Assembly: GCA_965209055.1 (NCBI GenBank)
Contig: OZ242374.1
Location: 2,304,001-2,368,000 of the forward strand
Reading direction: 5' to 3'
Origin: Acidobacteriota bacterium
GTDB taxonomy: Bacteria > Acidobacteriota > UBA6911 > RPQK01 > JAJDTT01
Length of the DNA: 64,000 nucleotides
The notes under the pieces are model-generated. The model worked only from the letters and a program-made list of their open reading frames with translations. It searched no databases and was not told the origin of the DNA. Below, one piece after another: positions 19,984 to 29,477 of this stretch. Made by a program: the position numbers and the translations under genes. Positions within the stretch are counted from its first letter, which is position 1. Each line of letters begins with the position of its first letter.

Positions 19984-20574
19984 TCAGTTCAGTGGCCGGA
20001 GGTTTTCGTGCCTCCAACCATTGACCAGGTCCATGGCCCGCAAATGGCCATGGGTCAGTATCGTGTCGACCGCCAGGACCGCACGGTCCAGCACGGCGTC
20101 CAGTATCAATCGCTCACCCGCCGTGAAGGGGGAGAGCAGATAATCGGTCAGATCCCCTTCCGCCGCGTCACCGCCCACTCCGATTCGCAGCCGGGGAATC
20201 TGTTTCGTTCCTACCATCCGAATGATCGATTCCATGCCCTTCTGTCCGCCCGAGCTGCCGGAACGCCGGACCCGCAACCGTCCCAAGGGCAACTGTGCCT
20301 CGTCGTAGACGACAAGGAGCTCCTCCGGATCGGCGCCATAGTGAACAAGCAGCGAGCGAACCGCGATGCCGCTGAGGTTCATGTAGGTTTGCGGCTTGGC
20401 CAGAATCAGCGATCCGCTCTCGCGCTCGACCCGGCAGACGCGCGAACGGCCGGCGGCGGAACCGAACCGGGCGGCGCTCAAAGCGGCCAGGCGGTCGACC
20501 AGCATGAACCCCGAGTTGTGTCGGGTCGCTCGGTACCGGCGGCCCGGGTTGCCCAACCCAACGACCAGAAGCAC
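19984..20574 (-). CDS. pth: Peptidyl-tRNA hydrolase
   Basis: [29 protein letters not shown]. Confidence 0.95.
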   Translation of the reverse strand: MLLVVGLGNPGRRYRATRHNSGFMLVDRLAALSAARFGSAAGRSRVCRVERESGSLILAKPQTYMNLSGIAVRSLLVHYGADPEELLVVYDEAQLPLGRLRVRRSGSSGGQKGMESIIRMVGTKQIPRLRIGVGGDAAEGDLTDYLLSPFTAGERLILDAVLDRAVLAVDTILTHGHLRAMDLVNGWRHENLRPLN

Positions 20575-20579
20575 CAGCG

Positions 20580-21236
20580 CTACTCTCCGGGTTGGATTCC
20601 TTCCGGCTGACCTCCTCCCGCGACCTCCGGTTCAGCGGTTTCCTCGTCGAGCATGAGATCAGCCTCGTCTGTCTCGACCAGGGGCGCTGCTATCGTCAGG
20701 ATGGTCAGGTCCGGATCGGAGAGAACCTCCACCTTTTCCTGATCCACATCCAGTTGTTCCACCCGCACCGAGTCTCCAATTTCCAGGTCGGTCACATTGA
20801 CTCGAATGTGATCGGGCAGGTCCCCGGGGAGGCACTCCAAATGGATCTCTCGCACTACCAGGTCCAGAATTCCCCCGTGCATCTTGACACCGGCGGCCGT
20901 CCCCACGATCTCCACCGGTACGTCGAAGACCATGGTCCGGTCCATGGAGATGGCTATGAAGTCGGCATGGAGAAGTTCCTCTCCTACCGGGTCACGCTGG
21001 AGCTCGCGGATCAGGACGTCTTTCTCCTGGTCCTGGTACTTCAACGTGAAAATCGTGTTGTGGCCCGTATCGGAGTGCAGGATCCGGTCCAGGTCTTTGG
21101 GATCGACGGAGACGGCGACCGGCAACACATTGCGGCCGTAGACGATTCCAGGCACCCGTCCTGCGGCGCGCAGCCTCCGGTTGGCGTTCTTTCCGAATTC
21201 CCGACGTATCTGCGACTCCACCGTCAATCGAGGCAT
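20580..21236 (-). CDS. rplY: 50S ribosomal protein L25/Ctc
   Basis: GKNANRRLR..G.VPGIVYG, HADF, C-terminal Ctc domain; start ATG 21236. Confidence 0.95.
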   Translation of the reverse strand: MPRLTVESQIRREFGKNANRRLRAAGRVPGIVYGRNVLPVAVSVDPKDLDRILHSDTGHNTIFTLKYQDQEKDVLIRELQRDPVGEELLHADFIAISMDRTMVFDVPVEIVGTAAGVKMHGGILDLVVREIHLECLPGDLPDHIRVNVTDLEIGDSVRVEQLDVDQEKVEVLSDPDLTILTIAAPLVETDEADLMLDEETAEPEVAGGGQPEGIQPGE

Positions 21237-21317
21237 TTCCTCCAACTCCTCTTTCCTGTGTTCGAGCTGCCCTGAGAAAACGGACCAACCCGCGCAACTC
21301 GGTTTCCGCATTCAGGA

Positions 21318-22259
21318 TCAGTTGACAAAGAGCCGGCTCACCGAGGTTTCCTCGTGGATCGACCGGATCGCCTCGCCCAACAGGCCGGCGACGCTCAAGG
21401 TCTGTATCTTGGGAATCCGCTTTTCCGGACTGATCCAAACCGTATTGGTGACGACAATTCCTTCGAAGTGAGACTCGCGAAGGCGCTTCACGGCCGGCCC
21501 CGAAAGGACGGCGTGGGTGGCGGCGGCGAAGAGTCTCCGTGCTCCCTGCTTTCTCAGGGCGTCCGTGGCCTGCACCAGGGTCCCCGCCGTGTCGACCATG
21601 TCGTCGATGATGACCACGTCCCGGCCGTCGACGTCGCCCACGATGCGCATGACCTCAGCCGTGTTCACACCGACGCGGCGCTTGTCGATGACGGCCAGAT
21701 TGGCGCCCATCCTGCGGGCGTAGAAGCGAGCCCGCTCCACGCCTCCGGCATCGGGCGACACGACCGTGGGCCGGATCAACGACATCTTGTTCTTCAGATG
21801 GGAGAGGATGACCGGGGTGGCGAAGAGGTGGTCCACCGGTAGGTTGAAAAAACCCTGGATCTGTCCCACGTGCAGGTCCATGGAAAGGAGCCGGTGGGTC
21901 CCGGCCGCCGTCAGGAGATCCGCCACCAGCTTGGCCGAGATGGGCACTCGCGGTTTGTCCTTCCGGTCCTGGCGGGCGTAGCCGTAATAGGGAACAACGG
22001 CCGTGACTCGCCGTGCCGAGGAACGCCGAAAGGCATCCAGCATGATCAGGAGTTCCATCAGGTTCTCACCCACCGGCGGGCAGGTGGGCTGAACCACGAA
22101 GACGTCCTTTCCTCTGACGTTCTCGAGAATCTGGAAATTGACCTCGCCGTCGCTGAATCGGGTCAGGTTCGCCCGGCCCAGAGGTTCTCCCAGATGTTGG
22201 CAGATCTCTTCCGTGAGAGGGGCGTTGGCGCTGCCTGTAAAGATCTTCAGACTGGACAT
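21318..22259 (-). CDS. prs: Ribose-phosphate pyrophosphokinase
   Basis: FSDGE, YYGYARQDRK, DLH, VVSPDAGG, IIDDMVDTAGT. Confidence 0.97.
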   Translation of the reverse strand: MSSLKIFTGSANAPLTEEICQHLGEPLGRANLTRFSDGEVNFQILENVRGKDVFVVQPTCPPVGENLMELLIMLDAFRRSSARRVTAVVPYYGYARQDRKDKPRVPISAKLVADLLTAAGTHRLLSMDLHVGQIQGFFNLPVDHLFATPVILSHLKNKMSLIRPTVVSPDAGGVERARFYARRMGANLAVIDKRRVGVNTAEVMRIVGDVDGRDVVIIDDMVDTAGTLVQATDALRKQGARRLFAAATHAVLSGPAVKRLRESHFEGIVVTNTVWISPEKRIPKIQTLSVAGLLGEAIRSIHEETSVSRLFVN

Positions 22260-22315
22260 GGAATCAACCCTGTGCCGACGTGCTTGCGGATCCCGTACGA
22301 TCGGATCCGAAGTGG

Positions 22316-23242
22316 TCAGACCGGAACTTCGAGCCCCGATTCTCTCAGTATTTTCCTATAGCGTCTTCTGGAAAGAGTGGAGCAGAACAACAGTTCTCCG
22401 CCCCCCTGGCAGGCGGATGGGTCATTCCCCCGCGGGGGCCGCTTCCGGCACCCCAAGCCCATGAGCGTCGAGCCGCTCCCACAAACCATGACTCTCTCGC
22501 AACCCAAGGCGATGAGGGCTTTTCTCGCCTCCTCGAGAAAGCCGTAGCGCTGGAACAGCAGCGTTTCGAAGTCGTTCTCCAGATGGGCCCAATTCAGGCC
22601 GTCTCTGAAGCGTGAGAAGCGATGGATTGTATTCTGCGTCCAGGACCTTGTCAACCTTTCGGCCCCCGCCCAGACACCCCAATTCCGCATGGAATACACC
22701 GACTTCGTGGAGAGGCCGCGGCCCGGATAAAGGAGCATCATGTCCACCGGGCGCCCTAGATCAGGCAAGGGTGTGATGAGTTCTCCCCGGCCTTCTCCCA
22801 ACGCGGACCCTCCGCGAAGGAAGAACGCGACATCGGAGCCCAACTCTGACGCCAATACGGTCAGGCCGGAGAGGCTCAATCCGCAGTCCCACAACTGGTT
22901 CAATGCCAGCAGGGTCGCCGCCGCATTTCCCGATCCGCCGCCGAGTCCGGCCCCCAGGGGTATTCTCTTGGTCAGGGTCATTTCCGCTCCGGCGGACACG
23001 CCCGCCCTCCGCTTCAGCAGCCGGGCGGCGCGGCAGACCAGGTTCTCCGGCCCCGCCGGCGCGGCGCGGCCATGAACCCGAATTCGAATCTCCGGATCCG
23101 TGGTGACCCGCAGCATCAACTCGTCCCTCAGGTCCAGCATCTGAAATACGGTTCGCAACTCGTGAAAGCCGTCCTCCCGAAGACCCAGAATCTTCAGGAT
23201 CCAGTTGGTCTTGGCAAAGGAGGGGAGAGCGAGTGAGGACAA
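22316..23242 (-). CDS. ispE: 4-diphosphocytidyl-2-C-methyl-D-erythritol kinase
   Basis: AKTN..L...G.REDGFHEL, KRIPLGAGLGGGS, LGSDV, GRGE, NDFE. Confidence 0.93.
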   Translation of the reverse strand: MSSLALPSFAKTNWILKILGLREDGFHELRTVFQMLDLRDELMLRVTTDPEIRIRVHGRAAPAGPENLVCRAARLLKRRAGVSAGAEMTLTKRIPLGAGLGGGSGNAAATLLALNQLWDCGLSLSGLTVLASELGSDVAFFLRGGSALGEGRGELITPLPDLGRPVDMMLLYPGRGLSTKSVYSMRNWGVWAGAERLTRSWTQNTIHRFSRFRDGLNWAHLENDFETLLFQRYGFLEEARKALIALGCERVMVCGSGSTLMGLGCRKRPPRGNDPSACQGGGELLFCSTLSRRRYRKILRESGLEVPV

Positions 23243-23304
23243 TGCGCCGAGTCAGACCGGAAAATGAGCGCGCGGGGTGGAGTTCCCGCGACGGTTGAAA
23301 GAGA

Positions 23305-25227
23305 TCACGGGGCTTGCGACGAGAGGCGCTGCTTCACGTCGGCCACCTTCCGTTGAAGTCGATGGAATTCCTCGTCGGTGGCCACGCGCACACCGCGCTC
23401 GTAATACTGAAGTGCGGTTTCGAGCTGACCGAGCTCGATGTAGAGGTCTCCCAGGTGGTCGAGAATCGTCGGGTCCTCCGTCAGTTGGGCCGCCCGTTTC
23501 AGATTGACCTCGGCCTCATCGAGGCGATGCAGCTTGAAGTAGACCCATCCCAGACTGTCCAGATAGGCTCCGTTGTACGGATCCATTTCCGTCGCTTTCC
23601 TGATGTAGGTCAACGCCTCCTGGAGACGGATTCCCCGGTCCGCCCACATGTAACCCAAGTAGTTGAGAACCCCGGCATGGTCCGGATTCGACTTGAGAAT
23701 CCTCATGAATTCGGCTTCGGCGTCGGGAAGTTTCTCCTGCCTTTCGTAGACGGACGCCAGTCGAAACGAGAGCGGTTCACTGTCCGGCTTGAGACCGAGA
23801 CCTTTCTTGATGGCGTTTTCGGCTTTCCGGTAGTTCTTGTGATCCATGTAGAGTTGGCTGATGATGCGGTAGTACGTCTCGGGATCCTTCTCAGGGCTCA
23901 GCCTGGACTGCACGAGCTCGACTCCCTCCGACAGCCGGTCGTTTGCCGAGAGCATCTGGGCTCGCGTCGCGAGGGCGTCCGGATCGCGCGGATGGTCGTG
24001 GAGCAACTCCCCGGCCAGGGAAAGCGCCTCATCCAGCTTTCCCGCATCTTTCAGGGCGTAAATGAGCATGGCCTTGAATCGGGGTTCGCCGGGCCGGCCC
24101 TTCAGCAACTCCCGAAACAGCCGGATGGCCTCCGTGTATTGGCGTGATTCCTGGTGGACGTGGCCCAGCGTGATCTGGACCTGTTCTCGAAACTCCCACT
24201 CTCCCCGTGACCTCGGGCTGTCCAGAGCGGAAAGAAGACGCTGCAAACGCCCGGTGGCGCTCTCCCGTTTCCCCTGTATGGCCTCGAGTCGAGACAATTC
24301 CAGGGTCGCTTCCATCTGCTTCGGATTGTTTTCCAGGACTCGGCCGAACACCTCCGTGGCCTCTTCAAACTCGCGGACCCGCATGAGAGCCCGGCCCAAT
24401 TCAACCGCCAATGCCGGATCCTGCACGTTCCGGGACGATCCCTTCCTCAGCAGTTCGACAGCTTGTTCGTGGCGCCCCTGTTGCGCCAGGAGCCTTCCGG
24501 TCTTGGTCAGGAGATCGGGGTCCGCCAGGAGTTGAGGGGCCGACAGATAGATTTCCACGGCCCGGTCCGGCCGGCCGGTCTGTACGTACAAGCGTCCCAG
24601 GTCGCCAATGACTTCGAAATGACCCTTATGGATGCTCAGCGCTTTTTCCAACGCCCGGATGGCCCCGGCCAGGTCACCCAGCTCCTCCAGGGCTTTGGCA
24701 TGTTGGTAGTGGGCCTCCACCAGACCCGGCCGCAACTCGACCAGACGCGCCAGGAAGGGCGCCGCCTTCCGGTGTTCCCCGCGCAGCCGATGGAGATTCC
24801 CCAACTGATAGAGGGCCTCGGCATGGTCGGGGTCCAGCTCGATGACTTTGTTCAGTTCCTCGATTGCCTTTTCCGAAAGCCCGCTTTGACCGCCGTGGTA
24901 GCTGGAATAGAGCTGGCCCAGGAAGTAATGGGCCGCGACGCTGTTCGGATCCTTCCGGATGGCCTGCTGGATCTCGCTGACGGCCTTCGTGACGTCGCCT
25001 GATCTGACCAGGATGTGGGCGTACTCGATCCGGAGCTGGATACTGTCCGGATCGAGTTCCAGCGCCTTCTCGAATTCGGTCTTGGAGAGGCCGAAGTCCT
25101 TGTTCCCCGAGTGGAGCGTGCCCAGGGCGAAATGATAGTAGGCTTGGGCCTGCCGGCTTGGGGGCGTCGGGACCGGCTCGACGGCCGCAACGGTTCCGAG
25201 AATGACTCCGAATACCAATCCGGTCAT
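23305..25227 (-). CDS. Exported tetratricopeptide-repeat protein of the type often found upstream of ispE
   Basis: Many TPR units; C-terminal LNYLGY..AD....L.EA....A...DP.N..YLDSLGWVYFK; hydrophobic N-terminus. Confidence 0.85.
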   Translation of the reverse strand: MTGLVFGVILGTVAAVEPVPTPPSRQAQAYYHFALGTLHSGNKDFGLSKTEFEKALELDPDSIQLRIEYAHILVRSGDVTKAVSEIQQAIRKDPNSVAAHYFLGQLYSSYHGGQSGLSEKAIEELNKVIELDPDHAEALYQLGNLHRLRGEHRKAAPFLARLVELRPGLVEAHYQHAKALEELGDLAGAIRALEKALSIHKGHFEVIGDLGRLYVQTGRPDRAVEIYLSAPQLLADPDLLTKTGRLLAQQGRHEQAVELLRKGSSRNVQDPALAVELGRALMRVREFEEATEVFGRVLENNPKQMEATLELSRLEAIQGKRESATGRLQRLLSALDSPRSRGEWEFREQVQITLGHVHQESRQYTEAIRLFRELLKGRPGEPRFKAMLIYALKDAGKLDEALSLAGELLHDHPRDPDALATRAQMLSANDRLSEGVELVQSRLSPEKDPETYYRIISQLYMDHKNYRKAENAIKKGLGLKPDSEPLSFRLASVYERQEKLPDAEAEFMRILKSNPDHAGVLNYLGYMWADRGIRLQEALTYIRKATEMDPYNGAYLDSLGWVYFKLHRLDEAEVNLKRAAQLTEDPTILDHLGDLYIELGQLETALQYYERGVRVATDEEFHRLQRKVADVKQRLSSQAP

Positions 25228-25383
25228 AACGATTCGACGGCTATTGGCAAGAAAAATCAGGCTGATAGTACCCAACTCCGGGCGGGACGACAACCGTCCG
25301 GGAGAGAAGCGAGGAACGGGAAACGGGATGCGGGAACGACGGGTGGAGAGGATGGAACGATAAGCCCGGAAACTGTGTCGGCG

Positions 25384-28299
25384 TCAATCGATGACCTGCG
25401 GAGGGATGATCGATATCGTTTCGAGATCTTCCGTAAAGACAAGTTCCATCACCACGATCGGCTGATCGGACGACACGGCGATGTAGCCGCCGATGGCTGC
25501 CGGCAGACCGGGAAAGATCTCGTGAGCCATTCCGATCCGGCGGTGGCCGCTCTCCAAGGTCAGGGTCTCTTCCTCGACCAGCGGGTTTCCGCTCGTTGAA
25601 CGGGCCGTCAGCTTCACCGTTGCCGCCGGACCGGATCCCGGATAGAGAATCGCCAGACCGGTCCTGTACTTCTCGACTCCCCCGTGGGCAATGTAGGGCA
25701 GGATGTACTCTTTGGCCGGCGCCGACACGGCCGGAGTGCTGATCATGCCCTTGCCGGAAAAGAGCTGCAATTCGGCGCTGCCCACCAGCCCCGGCTGAGA
25801 GCCGGCGATCTGCATCCAGCCGGACACCAGGCCTCCCGCGTCCGTGAGGTTCGGAAAAATGGAGGCCAATTCCATGCGCAGGCCTTCGCCGGGCGCCAAC
25901 TCCAGCTCCGGCGCAACCTCCACCGATTTTCCTTCGTTGTCCATCAGGGTGAGTCGGACCGTCATCTCCTCGGTGCCCTGGTGCACCAGGTTGACGTAGG
26001 TTTCGGCGCCTCCGAAGGTCACCGCCTGGGGCAGATAGAGGATCTCGGCGGGGACGACTCCCGGTGCCTCCACCACCAGTCCCTCCAACATGGCCATGCG
26101 TTCCTCGTCGTACCAGCGCTGGAAGGCCATGATCCCCTGCTCGCTCTCCACGGTGATGTAGGCGCCGTCGTAGCCGTTGTCGGCCAGGGGCTGGCAGGTC
26201 GCCTGCTCGGGGTCCTCGCAAGCGGCCAGGCTGTCATCGCGGCACGGCTCCCCGTTGTCCGAGCAGGTCCCGCGCTGACAGTAGAAGTTGTCCCGGAAAA
26301 CCCCGCCGGTGGAAAAGCACTCGAAGGCGAGACCTTGAAAGAAACCGATCTCGTCTCCCAGTGCGCCCCGCAACACCAAACCGCCGAGGGTGGGCCGGGT
26401 ATCTTCGAGAGCCACTGCTCCGTCGGCTGTGTGAAGCCGCACGGAGACGTCCGTGCTGTTGGAGTTGGGATTGAGAACATAGACTTCGGTGGTGAAGCCG
26501 TCCATCACCCGGACTTCGGGAAGAACGACTTTCTGCGCCGTATTGGAATATAGGGAGGCCGCGTCCAGACGGCGCCGTTCCCCGCGATCCCCGACCCTGA
26601 AGAATCCCCAGGCCTGGGATTGGTCATCGTCCAGCAGCATCCATCCTTCCATGAACTGGTTGCGTTCGGCGCTGACCACCTGCCGAACCGTGGTGGACAA
26701 CTGCCCCCGGGGAGCAATGGTCAGGTTGGTGGGATTCTCTCCGAACTCCACGATGTCTTCGGTGTCGTTCAAGTCCTGAAATCGGATCCCTCCCACGTTG
26801 GATCCCCGGGCCATGATGTCGCTGGTCCGGGAAGAGAGGTTGGTCAGGTTCACCGCGGTGAACCATCCCTGGGAACTCAACAGGTAGGGCAGGAACAGGC
26901 GGCGGCTCGGGCGCAGCAGCTCGATGGTGCCGAGGTTGAAATTGACCGCGGTCATCGCCTCTCCGTCCGGACTCACGGCCACGTCCAGAGGCGCGCCGGG
27001 AACCTGCGGGCGGAGGTCCTCGCTGAAGCCCCGCAATTTCTGTCCCACCAATATGGGTTGCAGGAGCTCGCCCGTATTCAATTTGAATTGCAGGAGGACG
27101 TCGTCCATGGGAGCGCCCAGCATCATGGTGGTTCCGTCGAGGAAGACCGGACGGCTGGAGTCGCGAAAATCGGATGTCCGCGGTTGGAAAGTGACGACTT
27201 CCAGGCTGTCCGCATCGATGGCCCCGTTCTCGTCGGGGACGGGAATCGGGATCAGTTGCAGGTTCAGATTGCTGAGCAGCACGAACGACGTGCCATCCGG
27301 CGCCGCCACGATCTCCACGGGAACGCCACCCACGTCGAAAACCTTCACCACCTGTCCTGTCTGAATGTCGAACAGGGTGGCGCGATCGCTCCCCAGCTCG
27401 GCCAGCGTCTGCAGGGCCCCCAGTTGGCGGTCCGCCACCAGCCCGTACCGGCCGTCCGGAGAGATGGCGGCACCCGCACCCACCTGGAAGTCATGGGGGA
27501 CCGCCTCTTCGTCCGTTTCCGGAATGATGGTCGTCGCCACGGAGAAGGAAGCGGTGTCCACGATGGTGATGGCGTCCCTTTCTTCAGCGGGAGTCAACAG
27601 TGTCGAACCGACCGTGACGACAAAAAACCGGCTTCCGTCGGGAGTCATTCGGAGCGTCGTCGGACGGGTTCCGCCCGGCATCTGGAGCCTGGGTTCCACT
27701 TCCTGGAGTGTCGTCGTGTCGAAACGCAGGATCTCGTCGGTCCCGGACGAGGCCACGATGCCCATGGTCCCATCTCCCGAGAAGACCATGTTGTTGGCGA
27801 CGGAGAAGAATACCTCCATCGTCAGGATCTGAACCTCCAGGGTGTCCACGTCGATGGCCGCGATCGCTCCCTGAACCGGCTGTGTCTCTGCCTGGGACGC
27901 GTCGGACCTGAAGGCATCGGCCCGGCCGTTTTCGTTGATGAACGTGCACAGGACCGCGACCCGGTCCCCGCCGGGCATGAGGGCGATGTGACCCGGGCTC
28001 TCCGGAACGTCCACGAGGCCCAGAATCTCGCCGCTCTTGGGATTGAAGGCCAGAACCTTGTTCGAGAAGGTGTAGCTGACGAAGGCCTTGCTCGAGTCCG
28101 GAGTAAAGACCACGTTGGGGGAGAAATTGAGATCGGTCTGGTTGGCCCCGAGTATCAGGGGCACCTCGTTGGGATCGAAACGCAGCGGGTCCTCGGACTC
28201 GCTCGGATCCAGCGTCATGAATACCCGCTGACCGTGGAGCGCAGGCCCCCCCAGGCTCAGCAGGACGAACAGAAGAATCACAAGCTGGCGGCGCATCAT
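25384..28299 (-). CDS. Large secreted protein: YVTN/lactonase-like beta-propeller, four ~110-aa beta-rich modules and a Cys-rich insert
   Basis: Signal peptide MRRQLVILLFVLLSLGGPALHG; blade motifs FTPDSSKAFVS, MTPDGSRFFV, ISPDGRYGLV, VSPDG; start 28299 or 28296. Confidence 0.75.
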   Translation of the reverse strand: MMRRQLVILLFVLLSLGGPALHGQRVFMTLDPSESEDPLRFDPNEVPLILGANQTDLNFSPNVVFTPDSSKAFVSYTFSNKVLAFNPKSGEILGLVDVPESPGHIALMPGGDRVAVLCTFINENGRADAFRSDASQAETQPVQGAIAAIDVDTLEVQILTMEVFFSVANNMVFSGDGTMGIVASSGTDEILRFDTTTLQEVEPRLQMPGGTRPTTLRMTPDGSRFFVVTVGSTLLTPAEERDAITIVDTASFSVATTIIPETDEEAVPHDFQVGAGAAISPDGRYGLVADRQLGALQTLAELGSDRATLFDIQTGQVVKVFDVGGVPVEIVAAPDGTSFVLLSNLNLQLIPIPVPDENGAIDADSLEVVTFQPRTSDFRDSSRPVFLDGTTMMLGAPMDDVLLQFKLNTGELLQPILVGQKLRGFSEDLRPQVPGAPLDVAVSPDGEAMTAVNFNLGTIELLRPSRRLFLPYLLSSQGWFTAVNLTNLSSRTSDIMARGSNVGGIRFQDLNDTEDIVEFGENPTNLTIAPRGQLSTTVRQVVSAERNQFMEGWMLLDDDQSQAWGFFRVGDRGERRRLDAASLYSNTAQKVVLPEVRVMDGFTTEVYVLNPNSNSTDVSVRLHTADGAVALEDTRPTLGGLVLRGALGDEIGFFQGLAFECFSTGGVFRDNFYCQRGTCSDNGEPCRDDSLAACEDPEQATCQPLADNGYDGAYITVESEQGIMAFQRWYDEERMAMLEGLVVEAPGVVPAEILYLPQAVTFGGAETYVNLVHQGTEEMTVRLTLMDNEGKSVEVAPELELAPGEGLRMELASIFPNLTDAGGLVSGWMQIAGSQPGLVGSAELQLFSGKGMISTPAVSAPAKEYILPYIAHGGVEKYRTGLAILYPGSGPAATVKLTARSTSGNPLVEEETLTLESGHRRIGMAHEIFPGLPAAIGGYIAVSSDQPIVVMELVFTEDLETISIIPPQVID

Positions 28300-28352
28300 T
28301 GGTCCATTATGATATTCCGGCCGGAACCGGCCGTTCAATCCGTTCACCCGGC

Positions 28353-28739
28353 TCAAGTGGAACGATCTCCCGGGCGGGGACGGAGCACTTGGAAATCCAA
28401 ACCTCGGACCAGGGACCGGTTCCAGAACCGGTTGACCTTCGAGATCAGCGCCGGAGTCATACCCCGGAGCACCCCTTCCCATTCGGAGTCGTGTACGCCG
28501 ATCTCCAAGACGCGTCCGCGGAGACGCAGAGGCTCCGTCGATGCGGCCAACGGTGCCCCGACGATCCGAGGCCAGAACTCGCGCAGGAAGATCACGGCTA
28601 CCTTCTCGTCCCGGACCACCTCCTGCAGCCAGGGAAGAAAGAGAGCCCCGACCGTCCTCATCGGCGCCGTCCGCGGGCTTCCAAACCGAACCGGTGGCTC
28701 CTGGCCCGGGACTCGATTTCCTCGATCCCTTAGTTTCAT
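28353..28739 (-). CDS. DciA/DUF721 family protein (helicase operator-like)
   Basis: W..IVG..LA..TEP..LR..VLEIGV.D..W...L......LI.KVN pattern. Confidence 0.75.
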   Translation of the reverse strand: MKLRDRGNRVPGQEPPVRFGSPRTAPMRTVGALFLPWLQEVVRDEKVAVIFLREFWPRIVGAPLAASTEPLRLRGRVLEIGVHDSEWEGVLRGMTPALISKVNRFWNRSLVRGLDFQVLRPRPGDRST

Positions 28740-28949
28740 TACCGCATCAGTCTAGCAAAACGAACTCCCGCCATGTCCTGATCATTGCGAGTCCGCGCCA
28801 GGCACGGCCGGCCGTCGTCCTGCATCCGGGCTGAGCCGGTTCGGCTCCCGCCACCGGCTTCGAGTAGGAGGGAGCTTTGCGCATCCTCGACTTGACATTG
28901 GGCGGAAGCCTCCCTTACAAATCGATATCGGCCCGCGCCCCGTTGACAA

Positions 28950-29477
28950 GTGGAACACACTCTCGTTCTCAACGCCACCTACGAACCTCTGCAGATCATC
29001 GGTTGGAAACGTGCCGTCCGCATGGTCTTCCAGGAGAAGGTCGAGGTGGTGGCCGAATATGACCGCGAGATCCGCAGTGTCTCGAACCGGATCCGCCTCC
29101 CCTCGGTCTTGCGCCTGCTTCACTACGTCAAGCTCCGGCACGGGTGCCACCGGATCAAATTCAGCCGTGAAAACCTGTACGCTCGCGACAACTACCGTTG
29201 CCAGTATTGCGGCACCAAGGCGCCCCTGAGCCAGCTCACCTACGATCACGTGATCCCCGTGGCCCAAGGGGGGATCAAGAGCTGGGAGAACATCGTCACC
29301 TGCTGCATCCAATGCAACCGGAAGAAGGGAAACCGGTCACCGGCGCAGGCCAACCTGCGCCTTTTGAGAATCCCCAAGGCCCCCTCCGGTTTTCCCTATC
29401 GCGTCCGTCTCCTTTTTCGCCAGCCGGCCGTTCCCGAGAGTTGGAAGGACTACATCTTCTGGTCCGGGGGAACCTGA
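28950..29477 (+). CDS. HNH endonuclease (McrA/HNH_5-like)
   Basis: LVLNATYEPL, RDNYRCQYCG, TYDHVIP..GG..SWEN.VTCC..CN.KKG. Confidence 0.92.
   Translation: MEHTLVLNATYEPLQIIGWKRAVRMVFQEKVEVVAEYDREIRSVSNRIRLPSVLRLLHYVKLRHGCHRIKFSRENLYARDNYRCQYCGTKAPLSQLTYDHVIPVAQGGIKSWENIVTCCIQCNRKKGNRSPAQANLRLLRIPKAPSGFPYRVRLLFRQPAVPESWKDYIFWSGGT

Noticed and set aside
18053-20143. Long antisense or alternate-frame ORFs (e.g. 696 aa here; also 1002-2591, 26620-28755, 30259-32142, 31791-33623)
   Set aside because: Shadows of well-supported genes in high-GC DNA; no recognisable motifs
28833-28860. tRNA T-arm/3'-end-like sequence (gccggttcggctcccgccaccggc) as an att remnant or HNH-associated RNA
   Set aside because: Mismatched T-stem, no cloverleaf or CCA, no integrase; better explained as a small GAGCCG/CGGCTC hairpin
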